Source: a phage. Taken from it: a stretch of 64,000 bases of DNA. The DNA lies in assembly GCA_020241865.1 (NCBI GenBank), contig GCA_020241865.1_4709.1; one strand, given 5' to 3'. The translations under genes and the position numbers were made by a program. The notes under the pieces are model-generated. The model saw only the letters and a list, made by a program, of their open reading frames with translations. It was not told the origin of the DNA and searched no databases. Of this stretch, positions 47,493-56,090 are shown piece after piece; position 1 is the stretch's first letter; the number at the start of each line of letters is the position of its first letter.

Positions 47493-48323
47493 TTAATCGT
47501 AACTAAAATAAAGTTTGCTGCTGACGCCGCTATCGGAATGAGGTTTTAATACCAGAACAGAGCTTCCGAACGACGGAAGTATTGGAACATCTAAATCGTT
47601 CGCATCGGCAACTTTTCCATTATAAACGACATTGGCTGTTGTGATGAGTTCCCAGGCTAAGGTATAACTCATTGAAATCAGCGACGAGGCTAAACGGAAC
47701 GCATTGTATCCTTCTGGAGTATCTCCAACCGACATCGAACGTATCGCATCTTGCGGCGGTAAATTTAGCTTGATGCCGTATGTACTGAATGTGTGGAAAT
47801 CCCCTTGTTTACTATCTTCTGGATAATACGAGGTTAGCGGTTCTCGTACCGTAAACAGTTCGCTAATATCGGTACTTACCGCTTTTCGTGCGAGGAATTG
47901 AAACGTACCGTACCACGATGCCGATGCATCAGAATGAACGGGAACAGATATGGTTTTCTCGCCGCTTTCGAATTTAACCTGTGACGCTAACGCTGAAGAA
48001 TCAAAGATCGTTAAATCGATCTTCAACCCATACTTCTTAAACAGCTGCGTTAAGCAGTCTGCTATCGTCGTCATATCAGCAACGACAATAAAAGGTTGGT
48101 GTTTGATAAAGAGCTTATTAATGTCTCGACGTTGAAGATAAACCTGTACGGAGTCTTCGATATAGTAAGTCGATTGTGGTGTGGGGACTATAGAAAGGCG
48201 TAACCGACCCGATGCACCATACCAGGCTGGCGTTAACATAATGTCTGACAGGGATAATGGATGCTGGAGATAGGTGTTTATTTTAGATAACACTTCCTCC
48301 TGCCATGATGCTTCAGGATACAT
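47493..48323 (-). CDS. protein (276 aa) carrying the shared tail-fibre N-terminal anchor domain
   Basis: YLQRRDINKLFIKHQPF and KKYGLKIDLTIFDS blocks align with the anchor domain of 33173..35785 and 42090..43844. Confidence 0.7.
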   Translation of the reverse strand: MYPEASWQEEVLSKINTYLQHPLSLSDIMLTPAWYGASGRLRLSIVPTPQSTYYIEDSVQVYLQRRDINKLFIKHQPFIVVADMTTIADCLTQLFKKYGLKIDLTIFDSSALASQVKFESGEKTISVPVHSDASASWYGTFQFLARKAVSTDISELFTVREPLTSYYPEDSKQGDFHTFSTYGIKLNLPPQDAIRSMSVGDTPEGYNAFRLASSLISMSYTLAWELITTANVVYNGKVADANDLDVPILPSFGSSVLVLKPHSDSGVSSKLYFSYD

Positions 48324-48382
48324 GCTGACCTCATAGATGATCGTTGATAGGAAAGAAACCTAATTCATACCATGGGAACCTC

Positions 48383-48439
48383 AAAAAAAAAACGAAAAAA
48401 TAGGAAAACGGTGTTCATCCTTTTTAGGGATGAACACCG
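48383..48439 (-). terminator. rho-independent terminator (12-bp stem followed by U-rich tract on minus strand)
   Basis: CGGTGTTCATCC-loop-GGATGAACACCG; plus strand preceded by A10 and A6 runs. Confidence 0.65.
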
Positions 48440-48459
48440 CGTACCGTTATATCGAACGA

Positions 48460-49035
48460 TTAGTAAGGAATCAGATCATTAAGCTTTTCTTCTTCAATGA
48501 CAAAGAAGTTGTTCTGGTCGTCTAAATCTGTTAACAGGACTTGTCCGACAGTAAAGCACGTACCGCCCTTCTTAGGCACCCATACCGGCTCATTCGTTAC
48601 CTTATCGGGATACCATTTGAAACGATTGGTATCCAAGAAGAACGCTGCTTTGTTTGCTTTATCGGTTGAACGATAGCTAACCAATGCAGGCCACTCAATC
48701 CAGGTGTTTGTGCATGGTACATGTAAAGGATACCATGCGCGCCAGCGTTTGCCCGGACTGTTAGGATCAACCCAATACTCGGCAGTCAATACAGCATCTT
48801 TATAATGTTTCTGCATTAACATTTCGAGCACAAGCTCATTGCCTTTTGATGCGTCTAAAGTCACTTCCGTCATATAAAGAGATTTAGGTAATTCAGACTG
48901 TTTTGCGGGTGTTACAACACCGGTAACCAACGGTCTGCTCGGTTTACGTTTCTGTTCTTTCCGACGTGTGTAAAAGAATAGTCCGATAGATACAGCAACA
49001 AGTATAATAAACAACACTACCTTAATCCAATTCAT
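48460..49035 (-). CDS. membrane-anchored protein (191 aa, N-terminal signal-anchor)
   Basis: N-terminal MNWIKVVLFIILVAVSIGLFFYTRRK; followed downstream by hairpin plus T-run terminator. Confidence 0.7.
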   Translation of the reverse strand: MNWIKVVLFIILVAVSIGLFFYTRRKEQKRKPSRPLVTGVVTPAKQSELPKSLYMTEVTLDASKGNELVLEMLMQKHYKDAVLTAEYWVDPNSPGKRWRAWYPLHVPCTNTWIEWPALVSYRSTDKANKAAFFLDTNRFKWYPDKVTNEPVWVPKKGGTCFTVGQVLLTDLDDQNNFFVIEEEKLNDLIPY

Positions 49036-49781
49036 TCGTCAATATCTCCTTCCACAAACAGAGTCAATTTGATTTCAGGATCATAGAACATGGTAATCAC
49101 ATCATCTTGCTCTACTGAACGCTGTGCTGTCCATATTAACTGTTCATCCCGAATATCAAATTTATGTCGTTCGTCACTCACCACAGCTTCCGCATCAACG
49201 TAATGGTAAACATCACCGAGAGGATTCTCAATCCAGCCGCGTACCATCAAACGTTCTTTTTGTTTACGTGTAAAGAAGCGATAGGGATCTTCGCACGTGC
49301 GCCATACGTCCCCCTTCTCGCTAACCAGTTCATCATAAACTTTAGAGAGTTCGTCAGGCACCGGAATCAAAATGTTATCTTGATAGTTCGACCAGAAACG
49401 ACGTACGTCTTGGATCAACTCATCGTCTGGGAGTTTAGTCGCTATGTTACTATAATCGATTTCAACAGTATCGATATCAAGACGGGTAAACGGAAGAGCG
49501 TCTAGGTTTCCCACCATGACCTCGATCTGATCATGATGGACACGAATCCATCCATCGAACCATCTGTACCCATCAGCTTGATATAACGTTGTGTGATAAG
49601 TGACGACGTTAATATCCTCGAACGATTCTAATAAGGCTTTAGCGGCTAAAAGCGGTGAAAAGTTCTTCGATTGTCCTGGTTTACGTATTTCTTCTTTGAT
49701 AAACAATTTACCGAGCAGTGGGTGTTCGATAACAAAACCACAGGAAAGCATGATGCTTCCTTGATAACGTGCTTCTTGCAT
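49032..49781 (-). CDS. hypothetical protein (249 aa)
   Basis: ORF with ATGA overlap to downstream gene. Confidence 0.7.
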   Translation of the reverse strand: MQEARYQGSIMLSCGFVIEHPLLGKLFIKEEIRKPGQSKNFSPLLAAKALLESFEDINVVTYHTTLYQADGYRWFDGWIRVHHDQIEVMVGNLDALPFTRLDIDTVEIDYSNIATKLPDDELIQDVRRFWSNYQDNILIPVPDELSKVYDELVSEKGDVWRTCEDPYRFFTRKQKERLMVRGWIENPLGDVYHYVDAEAVVSDERHKFDIRDEQLIWTAQRSVEQDDVITMFYDPEIKLTLFVEGDIDE

Positions 49782-49899
49782 TTTTTATTCCTTAAACAAA
49801 AGATTGTCTTTTACGCGACATGATTACAAGTACACAGGTTACTGAATTTCTGTAAAAGTTAATTTTCGTAAACTAAAAGAAAATGTATCCGTGTTTCCT

Positions 49900-49936
49900 G
49901 GTTCTTCCCCTCCACAGCCTCAGGAAGAGAAGAACC
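49900..49936 (-). terminator. hairpin downstream of 49957..50205
   Basis: GGTTCTTC...CCCCTCC...GAAGAACC stem 8 bp with long loop. Confidence 0.35.
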
Positions 49937-49956
49937 GTTTGCTAAGTTGTTATGTA

Positions 49957-50205
49957 TTAAAATGCATTGATTGGACTGTTCAACGCTTTATCACGGATTT
50001 GAATCGCCGCCAGCATTGCTTTCTGGTACGAATCGTAGGCATCGACAGAAACAGTCGTATCAACCAATTCCTTTAATGCGGATTCAGCCGCTTTTACACG
50101 GACGCGGAACTTGGTGATTGCGTTATCTTTGTTACGATAAACCGTGATATGGTGCAGCGGTTGAACTTTGGTTTTAACAGATTTAGTTGCTTTGATCGTT
50201 TTCAT
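49957..50205 (-). CDS. small basic hypothetical protein (82 aa)
   Basis: ATG with AAGGAAA RBS. Confidence 0.6.
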   Translation of the reverse strand: MKTIKATKSVKTKVQPLHHITVYRNKDNAITKFRVRVKAAESALKELVDTTVSVDAYDSYQKAMLAAIQIRDKALNSPINAF

Positions 50206-50253
50206 GATGATTTCCTTCTTTATTAGGATGATTACGTTTAGTCAGTTTAACAG

Positions 50254-50288
50254 CATAAACCCTTCCCGCCTTACGCAGGAAGGGCATA
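50254..50288 (-). terminator. GC-rich palindromic hairpin (family member, reverse orientation, loop TTAC)
   Basis: CATAAACCCTTCCCGCC-TTAC-GCAGGAAGGGCATA. Confidence 0.5.
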
Positions 50289-50298
50289 CGGATTTGTT

Positions 50299-50796
50299 TT
50301 ACGTGTGTCGTCGTTTACCAAAGAAAATGTGGCTATCTACCACGGTGATATTGGTAGCATGTTTTCTGAAATGTTTAGGGCGAAGATGTTTCGCGTTAAA
50401 GAATACGGCTCCTCGTGTTGGGTCGGCTTTATGGTAAGCCGCAATGTCAGTATAACGTAATGTTGCGACCTCTCGTGCTATTGCTCTTGCTCGCTCAAAA
50501 GCAGCATGATCGCGTATGACAATACGCCTTTGTTTTGTCCAGGGGAATTGACCTCTTTGCAGTACGACGTCTCTGACGTTCGTAGGGAATCGGTAGTCCA
50601 TAGATCGATTATGTATTAAAAACGCCACGGAGTATTGCCCTTTTACAGATTCGCCTCTGGCTTCCATATACACCGCACATGCGACGATCTCTTTCCGGCA
50701 ATCGATTCTAGGTCCTGCGTTCACCGATGCTTGACTGAACGGTGTAATAAGCAACATAACAAGCCCTAAAATCAACGTGTGTAAAATACCTTGCAT
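50299..50796 (-). CDS. SleB-like cell-wall hydrolase (Hydrolase_2 family) with N-terminal signal peptide; endolysin candidate
   Basis: signal peptide MQGILHTLILGLVMLLITPFSQA; catalytic-domain blocks YMEARGE, VAFLIHNR, FPTNVRDVVLQRGQF, GAVFF, VVDSHIFFG. Confidence 0.75.
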   Translation of the reverse strand: MQGILHTLILGLVMLLITPFSQASVNAGPRIDCRKEIVACAVYMEARGESVKGQYSVAFLIHNRSMDYRFPTNVRDVVLQRGQFPWTKQRRIVIRDHAAFERARAIAREVATLRYTDIAAYHKADPTRGAVFFNAKHLRPKHFRKHATNITVVDSHIFFGKRRHT

Positions 50797-51048
50797 CTTA
50801 ATAACCTCACGATAAGGTGCTGTCCACTGGCGTCTTGATAACGCATCCCGTCATCGGGTTGTTCTATTCAGCGGGCAGCAGGTTAGCGTCAGATGTTTGC
50901 CCGACATCCACGACAGAAATAAACGGTACTGAAATTACGGTCTCCTCTGGTTTGGCAATAAACATAACGTTGGATAACAGAACCCATTTCCCGCATCCAA
51001 CGCGGTAAAGGTGTACATCGTTTGAATTCATATAGTTTCTCAAAGATG

Positions 51049-51360
51049 TTAACCTCTACCGTCAAGCCATAGGTTGTATTTATCCCGAACATACGGATCG
51101 CGATAAATACGTCGATAGACTTGATGTGGTATAAACTCGCAATGTACGAGTTCGTCGCTTAATTTATGCCGTCGCTCCATACCGTTGTGAATACGACGTA
51201 TCTCCCGGATATTAAAGGTTGTTTTATTCAAGAGAATAGACATAATGGCAGATCGATGATCCAGATTAAAGATCGCCATCACGCTTCGTATCTCGCGTAA
51301 AACAACTTCTCTATCGACAAGGATGCGATTAGTTAACTTAAGATTCTCCGTGATACCCAT
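51049..51360 (-). CDS. hypothetical protein (~104 aa)
   Basis: ORF 51049..51453 overlaps upstream gene; internal ATG 51360 with GAGGA RBS. Confidence 0.5.
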   Translation of the reverse strand: MGITENLKLTNRILVDREVVLREIRSVMAIFNLDHRSAIMSILLNKTTFNIREIRRIHNGMERRHKLSDELVHCEFIPHQVYRRIYRDPYVRDKYNLWLDGRG

Positions 51361-51709
51361 AACCTTCATCCTCGACACGTCGACACATCGGTAAAAATAA
51401 ACACCAGCTTGTTGCACTGAGGATCGCCGTTGCGATGATATTTGCGATATCACTCAATCGAGCATCGGCTTGCCACATAACAAGCATGAAAAGAACGTAC
51501 GCGAACCCATACACGACAAACCGTCTGATGTTACGCGTCGACCACGTACAAATATACAAAAGGGGAAGCTGCCCTATAACACAAACGATGGTTCGGATAA
51601 CGTAATAAACGCGTTCCGTCGTTGTTTCAAAATCGATATTCGTTGCAGAAATCCCAATCATTATAAAAGTGAAAATGAAATAGATTTTTGCGTATGCTTT
51701 TAAACTCAT
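51338..51709 (-). CDS. membrane protein (123 aa, 3-4 TM helices); holin/antiholin-like candidate
   Basis: multiple hydrophobic helices; located between small 2-TM gene and hydrolase gene. Confidence 0.6.
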   Translation of the reverse strand: MSLKAYAKIYFIFTFIMIGISATNIDFETTTERVYYVIRTIVCVIGQLPLLYICTWSTRNIRRFVVYGFAYVLFMLVMWQADARLSDIANIIATAILSATSWCLFLPMCRRVEDEGYGYHGES

Positions 51710-51725
51710 GGCTTTTCCCGATCGT

Positions 51726-51920
51726 TTATTTGTGTTTTCCTACATTCCTCAACAAGGTAACGATAACGAATACCGCTATCATCAAGAAGACGAACCATAA
51801 CCCTACGTTAATTCGGGCAGCAGGTTCATCGACCATGAAGAACATCATCCCACAAAACCCAATGACCATCCATGCTAGAACCATCCCCGTTAATCCCCGT
51901 AGTAGCATATGTCCCATCAT
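51726..51920 (-). CDS. small 2-TM membrane protein (~64 aa); holin-like candidate
   Basis: ORF 51726..51959; ATG 51920 with AAGGAG RBS; two hydrophobic helices and charged C-terminus. Confidence 0.55.
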   Translation of the reverse strand: MMGHMLLRGLTGMVLAWMVIGFCGMMFFMVDEPAARINVGLWFVFLMIAVFVIVTLLRNVGKHK

Positions 51921-52052
51921 GAACTCCTTCTTACTTTTTCTGATAAAGCGATGATTCAAATTTTAGAAACATCACTAACGCGAATGCGAGTAATAACGCA
52001 CGTACCCACATACCTCCTTGACAACTGTTGTACAACATAAAGACCAGAGCGA

Positions 52053-52072
52053 TGCCGCCCATATGCAGGCGG
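52053..52072 (-). terminator. small GC hairpin downstream of 52094..52303
   Basis: GCCGCC-CATATGCA-GGCGGC. Confidence 0.3.
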
Positions 52073-52093
52073 CACTTATCGAACAGTGTTGGT

Positions 52094-52303
52094 TTATACA
52101 TAAGAGATCAATCGTTGAATGATTTTTACTTTGCCTTTGCCTGGACCTTTCTTGCGGCGATTCAACAGACGGATACTGTTTCCAGTTACGGTGTCGCCAT
52201 CATAATCAGCCCGGAACTGTGATAAAAAAGCAGGTTGTATCTGATCGACACCAGGATTGCTGTGGAAAGGATTGAGACTTAAAAGAGGGTTAGCTGGAAT
52301 CAT
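52094..52303 (-). CDS. small hypothetical protein (~69 aa) with basic C-terminus
   Basis: ORF 52094..52321 (TTG); ATG 52303 with AAGGA RBS; short, low support. Confidence 0.35.
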   Translation of the reverse strand: MIPANPLLSLNPFHSNPGVDQIQPAFLSQFRADYDGDTVTGNSIRLLNRRKKGPGKGKVKIIQRLISYV

Positions 52304-52321
52304 CGTATTGTCCTTACTCAA

Positions 52322-52672
52322 TTATTTACCCAGATAGAGATATTCACCGCCCTGAACAACACCGGTTGCTGGATCAACAAGTATACGAACCCTCGCGTAG
52401 GTCTTGAAAGAGGGGTTGAAAACTTCGAAGTCTGCCACTTTCAATTTCACGCTGGGGTTGGTAGGGTTCTTAACTCCGGGAAGTTCTTTCGGGGTACCGA
52501 AATCAACACCGCATTCTTCAAGGTCTGCTGGCGTCATGCTCTCCATGGCCATGTAGATTGCTTTTGCTTTATCGTAAACTTCTGGGCTATCCAGCAATCC
52601 AGCCTGCGCCGAACCGACAACACTACCGAACAGAATAGCAACAGCAACAAACAATTTAGTTAACGTTTTCAT
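52322..52672 (-). CDS. secreted (periplasmic) small protein (116 aa precursor)
   Basis: cleavable signal peptide MKTLTKLFVAVAILFGSVVGSAQA. Confidence 0.65.
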   Translation of the reverse strand: MKTLTKLFVAVAILFGSVVGSAQAGLLDSPEVYDKAKAIYMAMESMTPADLEECGVDFGTPKELPGVKNPTNPSVKLKVADFEVFNPSFKTYARVRILVDPATGVVQGGEYLYLGK

Positions 52673-52708
52673 GATATTTTCCTCGAAAGTAAAATGTTAC
52701 AATACCTA

Positions 52709-53131
52709 TTAACGTACGGCCGCTACGCTGTTAGCGCATGCCTGAATATCATCGGTATTTACGATGATGGTTTCGTTAAACGCACGAATACGTGCACGAC
52801 GTGCTTCTTTAAGGCTGGCGATTGCGCTAGCAGCTTGATCTGTATTCGCGAGGCTAATAACCGGGATCAAACGCATGTCAGGACTGCAGATATTCAATGC
52901 TTGGTATACACGTCCATTGATTCCTACGGTATCAGACATCGGATAGTGCGCACGGCATTGAAATTGACCCATGACAACAAGCGAACGATCTGAGATACCA
53001 ATCTGATAACGACCATCTTCACTGTAGGCGTAGCAGTTATTCCCACGAGCCATCCAGTTAGCCTGTGCTTGCGTGCTAACAAAAGCCAGGGTGGTGACGA
53101 TAGCGAATACGATATTTTTGAACAGTTTCAT
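52709..53131 (-). CDS. secreted Cys-containing small protein (140 aa precursor)
   Basis: signal peptide MKLFKNIVFAIVTTLAFVSTQAQA; 4 Cys in mature part. Confidence 0.65.
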   Translation of the reverse strand: MKLFKNIVFAIVTTLAFVSTQAQANWMARGNNCYAYSEDGRYQIGISDRSLVVMGQFQCRAHYPMSDTVGINGRVYQALNICSPDMRLIPVISLANTDQAASAIASLKEARRARIRAFNETIIVNTDDIQACANSVAAVR

Positions 53132-53139
53132 GATAAAGA

Positions 53140-53188
53140 TCCTTATTGAAATAAAATCGGTATAAAGGCCCCCCCATTTAGGGGGACC
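53140..53188 (-). terminator. putative intrinsic terminator downstream of 53192..53509
   Basis: C7...G5 hairpin followed on minus strand by U-rich tract. Confidence 0.4.
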
Positions 53189-53191
53189 TGA

Positions 53192-53509
53192 TTAGTTTGC
53201 ACGTAAGAAATGACCTAGAACCGTTACAATTGGAAACAGTCCTGTAACCGTATTATCACCCGAAAACATCATCTTTGAGTCGTTAACGGTGATGAAACGG
53301 ATGTCGGTTGCGGATCCGTCGATAGCGACAAAACGCATTGAGTTCGGTGGAAGATCCTCAACAACTTCCACGAGGTGTTCACGATTTTCAAAGGCTTCTT
53401 TAACACGACGCATGAAACGAATCAATGTTCCTTCAGCGTCGGCTTCCAAATGACCTAAGATATCGCGATTATTGCGAATAGCGAATACAGACATTTTAAA
53501 CATACACAT
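53192..53509 (-). CDS. small hypothetical protein (105 aa) behind second copy of conserved promoter/leader cassette
   Basis: ATG context identical over 29 nt to that of 24913..25338. Confidence 0.65.
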   Translation of the reverse strand: MCMFKMSVFAIRNNRDILGHLEADAEGTLIRFMRRVKEAFENREHLVEVVEDLPPNSMRFVAIDGSATDIRFITVNDSKMMFSGDNTVTGLFPIVTVLGHFLRAN

Positions 53510-53612
53510 CTTGACATCCTTTTATATTGGATTGATTGCTAATAGTTCAAGGTGAAGCTGATTACTGCATTGCTTCACCTAGGTAATATAGCCGTGAAAA
53601 TTAATGCATTAA
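53506..53612 (-). promoter_or_regulatory. conserved promoter/leader/RBS cassette, copy B (upstream of 53192..53509)
   Basis: same blocks as copy A; contains 12-bp palindrome TTAATGCATTAA, TATATT -10-like hexamer, leader hairpin AGGTGAAG...CTTCACCT. Confidence 0.55.
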
Positions 53613-53617
53613 TTTAT

Positions 53618-54571
53618 TCACGACTTCGCCATGTAGGGTTGAATCGCATGGAAGCGTTTAACCACAACTTCAGGAAAAAGTTTGATGATTTCATCAGGCG
53701 GTGCTGCACCTTCTGTCCAACGATAGCGTTCAACCTTCTCGATGCGTGGACTCCCTCCGACGTCAGCGATACGAAAGATACAGGCGATGCCTAAATCAAA
53801 ACACACGCTGTAAATATCTTCCGTGCCTCCTTTATCAGCAAGTATTTTCGCAAAATGCTCGTTATCAGGAAGAATGGCTAAATTACGTATACGCCAAACA
53901 TTATTACCCATTTCTTCAAGGATTGGGTATGTTAAAGTGTGTCCGTGTCGTGTTAACCATCGATGATTTTCGAGGTAGAAGTCCTTATCCCCTGGCCGGT
54001 AACCCATAATCACTCCCGTGTAGAAGAGATTGGGCATATCGAGCAGTTCTTGAATCGTTGGGCCGGTATACTCCCAGAGACAGATTTGTTTGCGGTCTAT
54101 ATCGTAATCTGTGACGTTACTCACCTCCCAACTTATCGTAAGTTCGTCGATAACATGCCAACCTAAAGTGTGTTCGCAACAAAATAGATTAACAATGGCT
54201 GATATCTCATACTTGTCAAATACCCCCAAATTACACGGTGGTTGCATCGTACGTAACGGCTCCCATAACGCACTGTAATCATAGAGCAAGTGCCGACACA
54301 AACTTTTTGTTAGTGGTGTCTGTTCAGTAAACAGTGGAAGAATCACCTTATCCAATAACAGACGTAACGGATGGTCGTCTGGTGGTAGAGGAGCAACTAG
54401 ACGACCTCCTTCTTTAGGGTAATCAAGGCCAAACCCGTAACGCTCCGAAATGAGTGCAATCAACACTTTTGCTACGCGATTACGTAGCATGCGATGGATA
54501 TCATCACTGTAACTGAATTTCGGTTTATTTCCGCAAACGAAGGTGAAGTATCTAGGTGATAGCTTAACCAT
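53618..54571 (-). CDS. hypothetical protein (~318 aa)
   Basis: ORF 53618..54643; internal ATG 54571 with AAGGA RBS removes overlap with upstream gene. Confidence 0.65.
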   Translation of the reverse strand: MVKLSPRYFTFVCGNKPKFSYSDDIHRMLRNRVAKVLIALISERYGFGLDYPKEGGRLVAPLPPDDHPLRLLLDKVILPLFTEQTPLTKSLCRHLLYDYSALWEPLRTMQPPCNLGVFDKYEISAIVNLFCCEHTLGWHVIDELTISWEVSNVTDYDIDRKQICLWEYTGPTIQELLDMPNLFYTGVIMGYRPGDKDFYLENHRWLTRHGHTLTYPILEEMGNNVWRIRNLAILPDNEHFAKILADKGGTEDIYSVCFDLGIACIFRIADVGGSPRIEKVERYRWTEGAAPPDEIIKLFPEVVVKRFHAIQPYMAKS

Positions 54572-54581
54572 AATCTTTTCC

Positions 54582-55028
54582 TTAATCCAAATAGTACGTG
54601 ATGGATAGGTCTTTTCCATCGAATACAATATCCGTGCAGTCATGGATGGTCGGTAATACCATTTTTGCTGCTATTGGGACGTATGCCTGCAGTTCCATGA
54701 AGTTGTTCATACGGAACGCACGACGTACCATCAACGGCGTTAAAGTAAACGTTACGCTAACGTTACCGCTTGGGAGCAGGTGCATTATCGCATGTCCGTG
54801 ATCGCACCAGCAATGGTTTTCGATCCATCCGGTGTAAATCAGAATGTCTTTATCTTCGTCGTAATAAGCAATGCCAGTCTGCTTTAAACGGCTGGTAAAT
54901 CGAGAGGCCTGCTCATAGCCCGCACGCAACATTCGAGCAACCAGGCGAGTGTTGTTAGCGATTCGATTCTGTTCGTTGGTTTTTGTGGTTTTGAAAAGTT
55001 CGATACGTTCTGCTTTTGTAATTTGCAT
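54582..55028 (-). CDS. hypothetical protein (148 aa), His/Cys cluster HCWCDHGH
   Basis: ORF; possible metal-binding cluster. Confidence 0.6.
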   Translation of the reverse strand: MQITKAERIELFKTTKTNEQNRIANNTRLVARMLRAGYEQASRFTSRLKQTGIAYYDEDKDILIYTGWIENHCWCDHGHAIMHLLPSGNVSVTFTLTPLMVRRAFRMNNFMELQAYVPIAAKMVLPTIHDCTDIVFDGKDLSITYYLD

Positions 55029-55033
55029 GATTA

Positions 55034-55399
55034 CTAACCTAATGAATTGCGTTTAAATAATTGGATGTATGGGGTACCAAATAAAGGACTGTATGAATGT
55101 ATTCGGTTCTCCTCTGATTCGTAATACTCGATAGGCCACGATATTGGTTTAGGTAAACGATCTAACGCTTGCAACACGGCGAGTTTAACGCTATTACTTT
55201 CGATCGGATACGGAAGTACCGTTGACGAACAGAACACACGTGTTCGATGTAAATAAATGAGATGCTGCTGTAGCTTAGACAAACGCCTACGCTTGATTAA
55301 GAAACCAGTTACGCGGCAATCGGAGTGATCGTAGTGATAACGTGCGCTATCGAAATAAACCTGTTCTCCTCTAACAATGAGATACTTTATCGCTTGCAT
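55034..55399 (-). CDS. hypothetical protein (121 aa)
   Basis: ORF. Confidence 0.55.
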   Translation of the reverse strand: MQAIKYLIVRGEQVYFDSARYHYDHSDCRVTGFLIKRRRLSKLQQHLIYLHRTRVFCSSTVLPYPIESNSVKLAVLQALDRLPKPISWPIEYYESEENRIHSYSPLFGTPYIQLFKRNSLG

Positions 55400-55446
55400 G
55401 AAAGAGTAACGGCGTAATTATCCATTAGCCAACATGACACGAATCA

Positions 55447-56046
55447 TTACTTATGTTCCAGTGTTGGTCCAAACAACCAGAATGTCAGGCGCTGATAGAC
55501 CTGTTCGCTGACCGCGGCTTCTGTTTGCTCTTCTAGTGATTTCCCTTTTTTATGCTGTATTTCTGGCGGGATGTCGCCCGTGTAAACATACCCTGTTGAG
55601 AAGTCCCACGCCAGCCGTTTACCGAATGTGGGTAAGAACACCTCTTCGAATCGGAACGCTTTCGAATTCCAATGAAGCAGCTGATCGGATTCAACACGTA
55701 ATGCTTTATTACGTTTGCTTGGCATGTTTCCGAAGTACTGAACGATGGCTGACTTCATAACCCGATCAGCGAAGTCTTTGGCTTCGGTCTCATCGAGGGG
55801 AGGCAGGCGATGCGATAGATTCAGCTTGCGTTGTTCAACATCAATCTTACGCATCGCTTTAATCAAATCACTAGGGACGATTTTACCCTTATGTCCTTCC
55901 TGTCGGTGTATGAAACACCCCTGGAATAACACGCAAAGTTCTTGAGGTGCGGTACTTTCCATTCGTCCGTAAGCAACGATCACCGAACGGCGACGGTCGA
56001 TAACTTCGCGGATAAACCGCGGCTCAGTAATACTCACCACTGTCAT
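55447..56046 (-). CDS. hypothetical protein (199 aa)
   Basis: ATG with GAGGG RBS. Confidence 0.65.
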   Translation of the reverse strand: MTVVSITEPRFIREVIDRRRSVIVAYGRMESTAPQELCVLFQGCFIHRQEGHKGKIVPSDLIKAMRKIDVEQRKLNLSHRLPPLDETEAKDFADRVMKSAIVQYFGNMPSKRNKALRVESDQLLHWNSKAFRFEEVFLPTFGKRLAWDFSTGYVYTGDIPPEIQHKKGKSLEEQTEAAVSEQVYQRLTFWLFGPTLEHK

Positions 56047-56090
56047 TTAAAGCCCTCTTTATCTTTTTCCATTTCTCTTTACATAACCAC

